Origin: Natrialbaceae archaeon Tc-Br11_E2g14
GTDB lineage: Archaea > Halobacteriota > Halobacteria > Halobacteriales > Natrialbaceae
NCBI GenBank assembly: GCA_001564275.1
Contig: LKND01000004.1
Span: 2,419-66,418 of the forward strand
Direction of reading: 5' to 3'
Length of the DNA: 64,000 bases
The notes under the pieces are model-generated. The model was not told where the DNA came from, did not search any database, and saw only the letters and a list, made by a program, of their open reading frames with translations. The position numbers were made by a program, and so were the translations under genes. Every line of letters starts with the position of its first letter. Within the stretch, counting starts at the first letter, position 1. Of this stretch, positions 29,013 through 38,524 are shown piece after piece.

Positions 29013-30278
29013 ATGTCCAGACCCGGATTTTCGCCCGAAATACCTCGGGAACGGCTGGTCGAGACGGCACTCGACCTCGTCGCCTTCGATACGTCGAATC
29101 CGCCCGGCGACACCCGCAAAATCGTCGACTGGATCGAATCGGCACTCACCGACCTCGGCCTCGATACCCAACGGGTGGCGACTGATCCGACGAAACCGAA
29201 CCTGCTTGCGACGCTTCCCGGCGAGGGAACGACGACGCTGCTTTACAGCGGACACCTCGATACGGTTCCATACGATCAGGACGGCTGGTCGTACGACCCG
29301 CTCGGCGAGCGCGTCGGTGAACGGCTCTATGGCAGAGGGACGACTGATATGAAAGGCGGCGTTGCCGCAATGATCGAACTCGCCCGGGCGTACACCGTTG
29401 CCGATCGACGCCCGCCGGTGACACTCGAGTTTGCGTTCGTCAGCGACGAGGAAGTTGCCGGCGAGGCTGGACTACAGGCGGTACTCGACGCAGGTCGGCT
29501 CGTGGCCGACGCCTGCGTGGTCGGCGAACCGACGGGCACCCTCGATACGCCGTCGATCACTGTCGCGGACAAGGGCAGTCTCTGGCTCACACTTGAGGCG
29601 ACCGGTGACGCGGCCCACGGCTCGCGGCCAATGCGCGGCACCAACGCGATCGATGTGCTCTGGGAGGCCCTCGAAACGATTCGGGATCGACTCCGAGACT
29701 ATCCCCTCACAGTCCCCGACGCGGTCGATCCGATTCTCGAGGAGTCGGTCGACTACTACAGCACGTCGATGAACGAAGCGGTGGCTCGACGGCTGTTCGA
29801 CAGACCGACGGTCAACCTCGGCACGATCGACGGTGGGGAGACGATAAACAGCGTCCCACGGTTTGCTCGCGCGGAACTCGACGTTCGACTTCCTCCAGGA
29901 GTCGAAACGAACGCTGTGCTCGGGGACGTCAGGAAGTGGCTCCAGGGGCACGCAGCGACCTCCATCGCCGACGTCAGCTGGAGCATTGGAACGTACGAAC
30001 GGCCCAAATCGCCGCTCGTGGACGCGACGACAGCCGCAGCAACCACGGTCCTCGACGGCCAGATTCACCGACGCAGCGCGACTGGGGGTGGCGATGCGAA
30101 GCGGCTGCGCAACGCTTGCATACCTACGGTGGAGTTCGCAATCGGGTCCGATACGGTTCACGCCTGTGACGAGTACACGACAGTCGAGGCCCTCGAGGCG
30201 ACGGCAGCGGTGTACGCACGTCTCCCGAATGCGCTCACGGATCGTCACGTCGACGAGCCACGACCCCAAATCGAGTAG
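29013..30278 (+). CDS. M20/ArgE-DapE family metallopeptidase
   Basis: GHLDTVP, GRGTTDMKGG, DEE, GEPT and HACDE. Confidence 0.9.
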   Translation: MSRPGFSPEIPRERLVETALDLVAFDTSNPPGDTRKIVDWIESALTDLGLDTQRVATDPTKPNLLATLPGEGTTTLLYSGHLDTVPYDQDGWSYDPLGERVGERLYGRGTTDMKGGVAAMIELARAYTVADRRPPVTLEFAFVSDEEVAGEAGLQAVLDAGRLVADACVVGEPTGTLDTPSITVADKGSLWLTLEATGDAAHGSRPMRGTNAIDVLWEALETIRDRLRDYPLTVPDAVDPILEESVDYYSTSMNEAVARRLFDRPTVNLGTIDGGETINSVPRFARAELDVRLPPGVETNAVLGDVRKWLQGHAATSIADVSWSIGTYERPKSPLVDATTAAATTVLDGQIHRRSATGGGDAKRLRNACIPTVEFAIGSDTVHACDEYTTVEALEATAAVYARLPNALTDRHVDEPRPQIE

Positions 30279-30412
30279 CCATCGAAAGTCGCTGCATACC
30301 TGATCGCCAGACGTATCACCATCAATGGGTGACCCTTCCAGTTCACACTGTAGGTCGAGAGCGTCGCTACCGAAGTGAGTACGCGAACGCGCAATCGAAC
30401 GCCACTCGTTGC

Positions 30413-30531
30413 CTATAGTAACAAGTGAACCGAGTCACACACCCTTCGAGTCGCCTCAGAACCGATTTGTCACCGGTTTTGCGCCATGGTATCGTGAGGG
30501 TGTATGCAATGACGTCCAGTGGCTACGACAG
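30413..30531 (+). mobile_element. Palindromic MITE-like repeat, copy 3
   Basis: CTATAGTAACAAGTGAACCG...CAGTGGCTACGACAG. Confidence 0.8.
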
Positions 30532-30836
30532 TTCCAGTGTTCGGCAACTGCTCAGTTGACCGTTACTCGCGGGAGAAATGTGTGTAACACTCAATCCTTG
30601 AGCCCCTGATCGATCAAGGGACTCCCCTCACTGTTCGAACGTCAGTGAAGCGAGAGCGTGGTTCGATAGCAGCGCTGGTGTTGAGACTGGATATTCGAAT
30701 TGCCACGGGTTGTATTTGCTATCGTCGCCACCAATACGGACCTGTTCGGCAGGGTGTCTTGTATGTTGATCCCAACACTGATAGGCTATCGTCCCCTTCG
30801 ATTCGACATGCAGTCGTTTTCGACGAGGTCGGTTCG

Positions 30837-31955
30837 ATGCTAACGCCGAGAGAACTCCGGGCCACTATCCCGACATTACAGGCGGCGACGTATCTGAACT
30901 ACGGTGCCCACGGACCGAGTCCAACCCGCGTGGTCGAGGCCGCTACGGACGCAGTCCACCGCCACGAGTACGACGTTCCTGCGACTGGCGACCCGTACGA
31001 AACGGCGTTCGGTGAGTTTGACGAAACGCGAAAGCAGGTCGCCTCGTTCATCGGTGCACGACCGGACGAGGTCGCCCTTACAGAGAGTACCTCCGCCGGA
31101 ATCAACGCCATCGCCGGTGCAATCGACTGGCAACCAGGCGATGTCGTCGTTCGTACCGACCTCGAGCATCCGGCTGGGATCCTCCCGTGGCAGCGCCTCG
31201 GCCAGGAGGGGGTCACGGTTCGGACAATTGAAACGAGCGATGGGCGACTCGATCGCGAGGCCTACGCCGAGGCAGTCGCCGACGCGAGACTCGTCTCTTT
31301 CAGCGCCGTTACGTGGACCCACGGGACGAAACTGCCGGTGGCTGAACTCGTCGACATCGCACACGATGCCGGGGCACTCACACTCATCGATGCCGTTCAG
31401 GTTCCGGGGCAACTACCGATGGACGTCACCGGGTGGGGTGCGGATATTGTCGCCGCAGCGGGACACAAGTGGTTGCTCGGTCTCTGGGGGAGTGGGTTCC
31501 TGTACGTCGATGACGACGTTGCTGAGCGACTCGAACCACGGGCTGTCAGCTACCGAAGCGTCGACACGCCCACTGCCGCCGAACCAGCGTTTGCCACGGG
31601 AGCTCGTCGCTTCGAGGTCGGGTCCGCCAACCCTGCCCCGCACGTAGCGCTGCGGGAAGCCATTCGGACGATCGAAGCCGTCGGTCTCGACGCTATCGAG
31701 CACCGAATCCAGGATCTAGCCAGTCGACTGGCATCGAAGGTTCCCGACGACCGCCTGCTGAGTCCCGCGGCTCCCGAGTCGGGTCTCGTAACGATAGACG
31801 TGGATACCCCAGAGGAAACCGTCGACCGGCTCAGTGACGAAGGGATTGTCGTCCGAGCACTGCCGTCTCCGGACGCAATTCGGGTCTCAGTGCACGCCGT
31901 CAACACGGCTGCGGAAATAGACGGGCTGGTCGACGAACTTGTCGATGAGTGGTAA
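30837..31955 (+). CDS. PLP-dependent class V aminotransferase-fold enzyme
   Basis: YLNYGA, TDLEHP, IDAVQ and AGHKW (PLP Lys). Confidence 0.85.
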   Translation: MLTPRELRATIPTLQAATYLNYGAHGPSPTRVVEAATDAVHRHEYDVPATGDPYETAFGEFDETRKQVASFIGARPDEVALTESTSAGINAIAGAIDWQPGDVVVRTDLEHPAGILPWQRLGQEGVTVRTIETSDGRLDREAYAEAVADARLVSFSAVTWTHGTKLPVAELVDIAHDAGALTLIDAVQVPGQLPMDVTGWGADIVAAAGHKWLLGLWGSGFLYVDDDVAERLEPRAVSYRSVDTPTAAEPAFATGARRFEVGSANPAPHVALREAIRTIEAVGLDAIEHRIQDLASRLASKVPDDRLLSPAAPESGLVTIDVDTPEETVDRLSDEGIVVRALPSPDAIRVSVHAVNTAAEIDGLVDELVDEW

Positions 31956-32354
31956 CGGCCCGACTGGCCGATCGACCCACAACGACACTTTCTGACGCTC
32001 CGTTTCAAACGGCTCGCTCCCCCGTTGAGCGTGGTGTTCATTGGACCTACGGAATATTCGTACAGCCCTGGTACCAACGCGGATCCCAGGCCGATTCCTC
32101 AAACGGGTGGTCCATGCGAGATTCACCGAAGACCAAGAAATCAACTCCTACAAGGGCGAAGTTTCATACCTAACACAATACTACCTCGGCGAGAGATCGT
32201 GGTATCTGCCGAGTGCGGGGATCGACTCGACGAGTTTGGGATCGGACATTCGGTTCCCACTTCGAATTTATTGTACCTCGAGGAGTATCCTTCCGATGGG
32301 TATCCGGTCGGCAGATCATCAACCGTCGAGCCGCGCGGTCCAATCAAGGGACCA

Positions 32355-32377
32355 TGTATTGTACAATACACACAAAA
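32355..32377. promoter_or_regulatory. Operator-like site at the trxA promoter (TGTATTGTACAATACA palindrome; TATTG-N11-CAAAA)
   Basis: Perfect 16-bp palindrome immediately upstream of the CCCTTAAA TATA box. Confidence 0.6.
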
Positions 32378-32410
32378 CCCTTAAACCGCTTGGGAGCCTA
32401 CACAGGCGTG

Positions 32411-32770
32411 ATGGCAACTGACGCATACCCCGAACCCAGCGATGACCAGACCGAGAAACCGCTTCACGTCGAGAGTGAGGACCACCTCGACGCAATCGTC
32501 GACGAGCACGACGTCGTGCTGGTGGACTTCTACGCCGATTGGTGTGGTCCCTGTAAGATGCTCGAGCCCGTCCTCGAGGAGCTGGCGCGTGAGACCGAGG
32601 GCGTGATCGCGAAGGTCGATGTCGACGGACTAACGCAGCTCGCTGGTGCCTACGGCGTCCGCGGGGTGCCGACACTCGTGCTCTTTGCGGACGGCGAGCA
32701 GGTGGAACAACACACCGGCGCACTGCCAGGGGATCGACTCCGCGACCTGATCGAAGGATACATCGAATGA
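32411..32770 (+). CDS. trxA: Thioredoxin
   Basis: DFYADWCGPC and VRGVPT. Confidence 0.95.
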   Translation: MATDAYPEPSDDQTEKPLHVESEDHLDAIVDEHDVVLVDFYADWCGPCKMLEPVLEELARETEGVIAKVDVDGLTQLAGAYGVRGVPTLVLFADGEQVEQHTGALPGDRLRDLIEGYIE

Positions 32771-33849
32771 ACGGGGACTCGAACGCACCCGTTCGGGACG
32801 TCGTGATCGTCGGCACCGGCGTCGCCGGCCTCTCGGCTGCAGTCTACGCCGCCCGGGCCGATCTCGAGCCGCTCGTGCTCGAAGGCCCGGAACCGGGTGG
32901 CCAGTTGACGCTGACGACCGACGTCGAGAACTTCCTCGGCTTTCCCGAGGGTGTCGGTGGCATGGAGTTGATCCAGCGCGGGAAAGAACAGGCCTCGCGG
33001 TTCGGTGCCGAGTTCGTCCACGGCACCGTCGCAGACGCGACGCTCGACGATCGACCGTTCGAACTCCACCTCTCGAACGGGGAAACACGCCGAACGCGTG
33101 CACTGATCGTTGCAACTGGGGCCAGTGCCCGCTGGGTCGGTGCCGAAGGCGAGGCCGACTTGATGGGATATGGTGTCTCGACCTGTGCAACCTGTGACGG
33201 CGCGTTCCATCGCGGCGACGACGTCCTCGTCATCGGCGGCGGCGACTCCGCAATGGAGGAGGCACTGTTCCTCACGAAGTTCGCCGACAGCGTCACTGTC
33301 GTTCACCGTCGGGATGAACTTCGCGCCTCCGAGGTGATGGCTAAACGCGCTCGTGGCCACGACGGGGTCTCGTTTCGCTGGAACAGCGAACTCCTCGAAA
33401 TCCATGGCTCGAAGGATGAGGGCGTCACCGGTGTCACCCTGATCAGCCATCCCGACGGCTACCCAAGGCAGAAACTCGAGGCGAGTCCGACAGGCGATGG
33501 CCCGGCTGATCGGGCGGCGAAGACACGCGAGACTGGAGGGATCGAACGCGAGTTCCTCGATGTCGGTGGGATCTTTTACGGCGTCGGCCACGTCCCGAAT
33601 ACGGACTTTCTCGAGGGGACAGCGGTCGAACTGGCCGACACTGGGCATATCGAAACCCAAGCGGGAATGACGACGGAGACGACCCTCGACGGTGTCTTCG
33701 CGGCGGGTGACGTGATGGACCCTGACTACCGACAGGCGATCACCTCGGCCGGTACTGGGAGCATGGCTGCCCTCGATGCCGAGGACTGGCTCGAACAGCC
33801 TGCGGCCAGCGGGTCGATAGCGGCTTCCGAAGCGATAGCCGACGACTGA
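32767..33849 (+). CDS. trxB: Thioredoxin-disulfide reductase
   Basis: GGQL, CATCDG, GGGDSAMEEA and FAAGD...RQAITSAG. Confidence 0.95.
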   Translation: MNGDSNAPVRDVVIVGTGVAGLSAAVYAARADLEPLVLEGPEPGGQLTLTTDVENFLGFPEGVGGMELIQRGKEQASRFGAEFVHGTVADATLDDRPFELHLSNGETRRTRALIVATGASARWVGAEGEADLMGYGVSTCATCDGAFHRGDDVLVIGGGDSAMEEALFLTKFADSVTVVHRRDELRASEVMAKRARGHDGVSFRWNSELLEIHGSKDEGVTGVTLISHPDGYPRQKLEASPTGDGPADRAAKTRETGGIEREFLDVGGIFYGVGHVPNTDFLEGTAVELADTGHIETQAGMTTETTLDGVFAAGDVMDPDYRQAITSAGTGSMAALDAEDWLEQPAASGSIAASEAIADD

Positions 33850-34151
33850 TGCTGAACGATCACACTGAACTCCTCCCCGCGTCGAAGTGAGAGGGGTCCA
33901 CTGCAGGAGATCGTGGCCAACCCCGTGACCGATTCGCGCGGTGTGAACGCACCGGTTCCTCCCTCAAACAGCCGCGTCGAGGGCCCGAGACCACCAGCCT
34001 TACTCCTCTCGCGCCGTCACAGACGCGACTCGGCGATACGTGCTGTCGATAATTCACAGCTCCTTTGCATCCGTGGTCGCCACCGTTCGCTGCCATGGCA
34101 GACGTCACGATTGGGTGCCCTCGAGAACACGGGCGAATTGTTCGGTGCGGT

Positions 34152-35111
34152 TCACGTCAACCGCTCGAATCGGTCGGCAACCACGCCGGCGAGGGCGTCC
34201 ATTGCCCGATCGGCTCGTTCGACCTCCTCCGTGAGACTCAGGCCACCGTGGGGCAACCGGGGGTGATGCTGGTGGACGACGTCGACGCCAGCGCTCTCGA
34301 GCGCTCGAGCGTAGGCGATTCCCTCATCACGGAGCGGATCGTGACCACAGGTGACGACCACGGCCGGGGGGAGTCCGCCGAGGCTCGGCCCCCGAAGGGG
34401 GCACACGTAGGGATTCTCGCGATCGATCGGATGTCGGACGTACTGGCTCCAGAACCACTCCATGTCCGCCCGGGTCAACAATGGCCCCTCGCCGTGGTCG
34501 CGATAGGAATCGCGCTCGAAATCGTCGTCGACGATCGGGTAACAGAGGAGTTGCTGACCGACCCCACCGGAGCCGTGGTCGCGGTCCCACCGGGCGAGCG
34601 CAGTCGCCAGGTTCCCTCCTGCACTCGTACCCGCGACGGCCAGTCGAGTCGGGTCACCGCCGATCGAGTCGCCGTACTCCTGGGCCCACTCGAGGACGGC
34701 AACGGCGTCGATCAGTCCCGCCGGGAACGGCTGTTCAGGCGCGAGACGGTAATCGACGGAGAGGACGAGACAGCCGATCCGATGGGCGAGTTCTCGACAG
34801 ATGTCGTCCGCGGAATCCAGTGTCCCGAGGGTCCACCCCCCGCCGTGACAGAAGACCACGATCGGAAGGTCAGCCGACTCTCGGCCGCGATAGATGCGTA
34901 TCGGCACCTCGGCCTCCGGTCCCCGAACGGCGGTATCGATCACGTCCGGAATGAGCGTCGTGGGCTCGCCACCGAAGACGTCGTCCTCGAGTGTTCGAGC
35001 CGACTCGACCGCGAGACTGTGCCATGGTGGCAGCGTTCGAAACTGTGGGGCCTCGAGCAACGTCTCGATTGCAGCGTCGAGTGGCTCGACGGCCGGATCG
35101 CTGGGTGACAT
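34152..35111 (-). CDS. Alpha/beta hydrolase, HSL/family IV esterase
   Basis: HGGGW, GTSAGG, DPLRDE and HGG catalytic motifs. Confidence 0.88.
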   Translation of the reverse strand: MSPSDPAVEPLDAAIETLLEAPQFRTLPPWHSLAVESARTLEDDVFGGEPTTLIPDVIDTAVRGPEAEVPIRIYRGRESADLPIVVFCHGGGWTLGTLDSADDICRELAHRIGCLVLSVDYRLAPEQPFPAGLIDAVAVLEWAQEYGDSIGGDPTRLAVAGTSAGGNLATALARWDRDHGSGGVGQQLLCYPIVDDDFERDSYRDHGEGPLLTRADMEWFWSQYVRHPIDRENPYVCPLRGPSLGGLPPAVVVTCGHDPLRDEGIAYARALESAGVDVVHQHHPRLPHGGLSLTEEVERADRAMDALAGVVADRFERLT

Positions 35112-35172
35112 GTGCGTACACCCCCCTTGCCGAGGCACAAAGATGAATGTGAAGGCCAGCCAAGTGTGCGGT

Positions 35173-36498
35173 ATGAGCGAGGAGTCAGGCGAAGAGGGGC
35201 GACGGGACGTGGACTCGAGAGACAAGCCACGAAGCGACGGTGGTCGGGGGTTGGCAGCCGCCCGTGAACGTGATCGCACCGATCCGCTGGCAAAGGTGGC
35301 TACGCGGTTCGACGTGCCCGATGACTGCTATCTCGACGGCAACTCGCTCGGACCAGCCAGCGACGAGGCCGTCGCCGCCCTCGAGCACGTGATCGAGGAG
35401 TGGCGCACACTCGGCATTCGCGGCTGGACCGAGGGCGAGCCACCCTGGTTCTGGTACGGCGAGCGGTTGGGCGACAGGGTGGCCCCGTTCGTCGGTGCCG
35501 ACCCCGACGAGGTCGCTGTCAGCAACTCCACGACGGTCAACATCCACACGCTCGTTGGCACGTTCCTCGACCTGGCCGATGGGAGCAAAGTGATCGTCAA
35601 CGACCTCGACTTTCCAACCGACCACTACGCCATCCGCGCCCAGTTGCGAGCCCGCGGACGTGACCCCGACGAGCAGCTCGTCCTGGTCGAAAGCGAGGAC
35701 GGGCGAACCATCGACGAAGCGCGCGTGCTACAGGCGATCGACGATGAGACGGCCATCGTCTTTTTCCCCTCGGTCCTCTACCGGAGTGGTCAGCTGTTCG
35801 ACCTCGAGGCTCTGACACGGGCGGCCCACGACCACGGTGCGTTCGCGGGCTTCGATCTGGCCCACTCCGTCGGCGTCGTCCCGCACGATCTCTCGACGAT
35901 CGGCGTCGACTTCGCCGTCTGGTGTCACTACAAGTACTGCAACGCCGGCCCCGGCGCGATCGCCGGCCTCTACGTCAACGAGGCCCACGTTGGCGCGATG
36001 CCAGGGCTCCCTGGTTGGTGGGGCCACGAAAAGGAGACCATGTTCGACCTGCGTCTCGAGTACACCCCCGCCGACTCGGCGGGGGCCTGGCAGATCGGGA
36101 CGGTGCCGATCTTTGCAGCCGCTCCGCTGGATGGCGCGCTCTCGATCATCGAGGACGCAGGCATCGATCGAATCCGTTCGAAGTCGATCGAGTTGACCGA
36201 GTACCTCATCGACCTGACCGACGAACGACTCACCGACCACGGCGTCGCGGTCGGAACGCCGCGGGTAGCCGAGCGTCGCGGCGGCCACGTCGCACTCGAG
36301 CACGAGCGCGCCTATGATCTCGGGGCGGCGCTCCGCGATCGAGGCTACGTCGTGGACGTTCGGCCGCCTGATGTCGTCCGCGTCTGCCCCGCACCGCTGT
36401 ACCAGGGATTCGAGGACGTGTGGCGATTCGTCGACACCGTCGAGACGCTCCTCGAGGGCGACAAGCTGCCATCGGTCGACCCCGATTCGGTCACCTGA
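35173..36498 (+). CDS. kynU: Kynureninase
   Basis: YLDGNSLG, FDLAHSVG, WCHYKYCNAGPG and GWWGH. Confidence 0.92.
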   Translation: MSEESGEEGRRDVDSRDKPRSDGGRGLAAARERDRTDPLAKVATRFDVPDDCYLDGNSLGPASDEAVAALEHVIEEWRTLGIRGWTEGEPPWFWYGERLGDRVAPFVGADPDEVAVSNSTTVNIHTLVGTFLDLADGSKVIVNDLDFPTDHYAIRAQLRARGRDPDEQLVLVESEDGRTIDEARVLQAIDDETAIVFFPSVLYRSGQLFDLEALTRAAHDHGAFAGFDLAHSVGVVPHDLSTIGVDFAVWCHYKYCNAGPGAIAGLYVNEAHVGAMPGLPGWWGHEKETMFDLRLEYTPADSAGAWQIGTVPIFAAAPLDGALSIIEDAGIDRIRSKSIELTEYLIDLTDERLTDHGVAVGTPRVAERRGGHVALEHERAYDLGAALRDRGYVVDVRPPDVVRVCPAPLYQGFEDVWRFVDTVETLLEGDKLPSVDPDSVT

Positions 36499-36662
36499 GC
36501 GGCGAGTATAAGACTGCAAAGGTCAACTATCAACGGGACGCTCGAGGCAACCGCGGTAGGGTCCATAGCGTGCCCTCGGCCCGTCAAGACCCCTGGAGAG
36601 CGGATAGAAAACGGAGGTGACGTCGGTTTCTTCCAGGGCAGGGGAGAGAAGACGGTCGCTTC

Positions 36663-36896
36663 TCAGTGTGTCGCCCGTCGAAGCGAACCGACCTCGAAGA
36701 GGTCTTCCTGGAGACCCTCGCCGTCGCATTCCGCTTCCGGACAGGCATAGTGCCATCCGTCCTCCGTCGCATCTACCTCGCGAAATCGGCTCCCACAGAC
36801 CTGACAGTAGAGTTGTCCTTTTTCACACGAGTCCCGGTGGATCTCGAGGGCGAGTGGCGTCTGGAACGACTGGTTGCAGTCCCGGCAGGTGTGCAT
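36663..36896 (-). CDS. Small haloarchaeal zinc-finger protein
   Basis: CRDC, CQVC and CPEAEC Cys pairs in 77 aa. Confidence 0.8.
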   Translation of the reverse strand: MHTCRDCNQSFQTPLALEIHRDSCEKGQLYCQVCGSRFREVDATEDGWHYACPEAECDGEGLQEDLFEVGSLRRATH

Positions 36897-37101
36897 AATA
36901 GTGACCTCGACGCCATTCGTGAAAACTGCTTGGGTTCGTTTTTTTCGCCCATATCACCGCCGATTGGGGCTCTCTTGCCCGATCCGTGGGGGACAGTGAC
37001 GCACAAAAAACTGTCTCGTGGGCGGGAGTGTCTGCTCGGTTGAAAATTCGAGTTCGACTGCGATCAACAATGGGCCGGAGGGTGGCCCGGAAACACCTTC
37101 G

Positions 37102-38505
37102 CTACTCGTCGCCGAGGATCCCGCGTTCGGTCATCTTTCGGGGATCGAGCACCTCGTCGGCCTCGCCTTCGGTGAGGTACCCCCGCTCGAGGACGACCTC
37201 ACGCACCGTCTTGTCTTCCTTGAGCGCCGTCTTCGCTACCTCGCTCGCCTTGTCGTAGCCCAGGTGCACGTTGAGCGAGGTCGCCATGGCCATCGATTGG
37301 TCGACCGCCTCGGCACAGTGGTCCTCGTTCGCTTCGAGGGGCCGGACGAACCGCTCGGCAAAGACGGTGCTGGCGTTGGCGATGAGTTCGGCCGACTGCA
37401 GGAAGTTGTACGCCAGCACTGGCTTGTAGAGGTTGAGGTCGATCTGTCCCTCGGCCGCCCCGGCAGCGACCGCAGCGTCGTTGCCGACGACCTGCTTGTG
37501 GACCTGGTTGACTGCCTCCGCGATGACGGGGTTGATTTTGCCGGGCATGATCGAGGACCCGGGCTGGTTTTCGGGCTGTTCGATCTCACCCAGCCCGTTC
37601 CGGGGCCCGGATGCCAGGAGTCGAAGGTCGTTGGCGATTTTGTTCAACGATCCGGCCACGGTGCGGAGCGCGCCGTGGGCCTCCGCCATCGCGTCGTGGG
37701 CCGCCTGGGCCTCGAAGTGGTTGTCCGCCTCCCGAAACCCGACGTTGGTCGCGTCGGCGATGTACTCGGCAGCGAGTTCGGGAAACTCGGCGTGGGTGTT
37801 CAGCCCCGTTCCCGTCGCCGTGCCACCCAGTGCCAGTTCGCTCAGGTGATCGCGCACGAGGTCGACCCGGGCGAGCCCCTTCTGGATCTGTGTCCGGTAG
37901 CCCCCGAACTCCTGGCCCAGCGTAACCGGCGTCGCGTCCTGGAGGTGCGTCCGTCCCGTTTTGACTACGTCGTCGAACTCGGCCTCCTTGGACTCGAGTG
38001 CCCCACGCAGGGTCTCGAGGGCCGGGATGACGTCCTTCTCGACGGCCTCAAGGGCGGCGACGTGCATCGCCGTGGGGATGACGTCGTTGCTCGACTGGCC
38101 GAAGTTCACGTGATCGTTGGGGTGGACGATCCGATCACCGATCTCTGCGCCCATGATCTCGGCGGCACGGTTGGCGATGACCTCGTTCGCGTTCATGTTC
38201 GATGAGGTGCCAGACCCGGTCTGGAAGACGTCGACGGGGAACTGGTCATCGTGATCGCCGGCAATGACCTCGTCTGCAGCGGCTACAATTGCTTCTGTCA
38301 CATCGTCCGGGAGGAACCCGAGGTCGTTGTTCGCCCGGGCGGCAGCCTTCTTGACCACACCGAGCGCACGGATGAACCGTCGTCCGAATGAGATTCCCGA
38401 GATTGGGAAGTTTTCGATGGCCCGCTGGGTCTGGGCACCCCAGTAGGCGTCGGCCGGTACCTGCATTTCACCGAGGCTGTCGGATTCAGACCGGAACTCG
38501 TCCAT
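37102..38505 (-). CDS. fumC: Fumarate hydratase class II
   Basis: QTGSGTSSNMN, KTGRTHLQDA and GSSIMPGKINP. Confidence 0.95.
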   Translation of the reverse strand: MDEFRSESDSLGEMQVPADAYWGAQTQRAIENFPISGISFGRRFIRALGVVKKAAARANNDLGFLPDDVTEAIVAAADEVIAGDHDDQFPVDVFQTGSGTSSNMNANEVIANRAAEIMGAEIGDRIVHPNDHVNFGQSSNDVIPTAMHVAALEAVEKDVIPALETLRGALESKEAEFDDVVKTGRTHLQDATPVTLGQEFGGYRTQIQKGLARVDLVRDHLSELALGGTATGTGLNTHAEFPELAAEYIADATNVGFREADNHFEAQAAHDAMAEAHGALRTVAGSLNKIANDLRLLASGPRNGLGEIEQPENQPGSSIMPGKINPVIAEAVNQVHKQVVGNDAAVAAGAAEGQIDLNLYKPVLAYNFLQSAELIANASTVFAERFVRPLEANEDHCAEAVDQSMAMATSLNVHLGYDKASEVAKTALKEDKTVREVVLERGYLTEGEADEVLDPRKMTERGILGDE

Positions 38506-38524
38506 ACACAGCGTCGACCGCGAG

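Noticed and set aside
32041-32350. Lower-GC stretch with an ORF upstream of trxA
   Set aside because: No recognisable domain or start context; it may be a remnant but cannot be identified.
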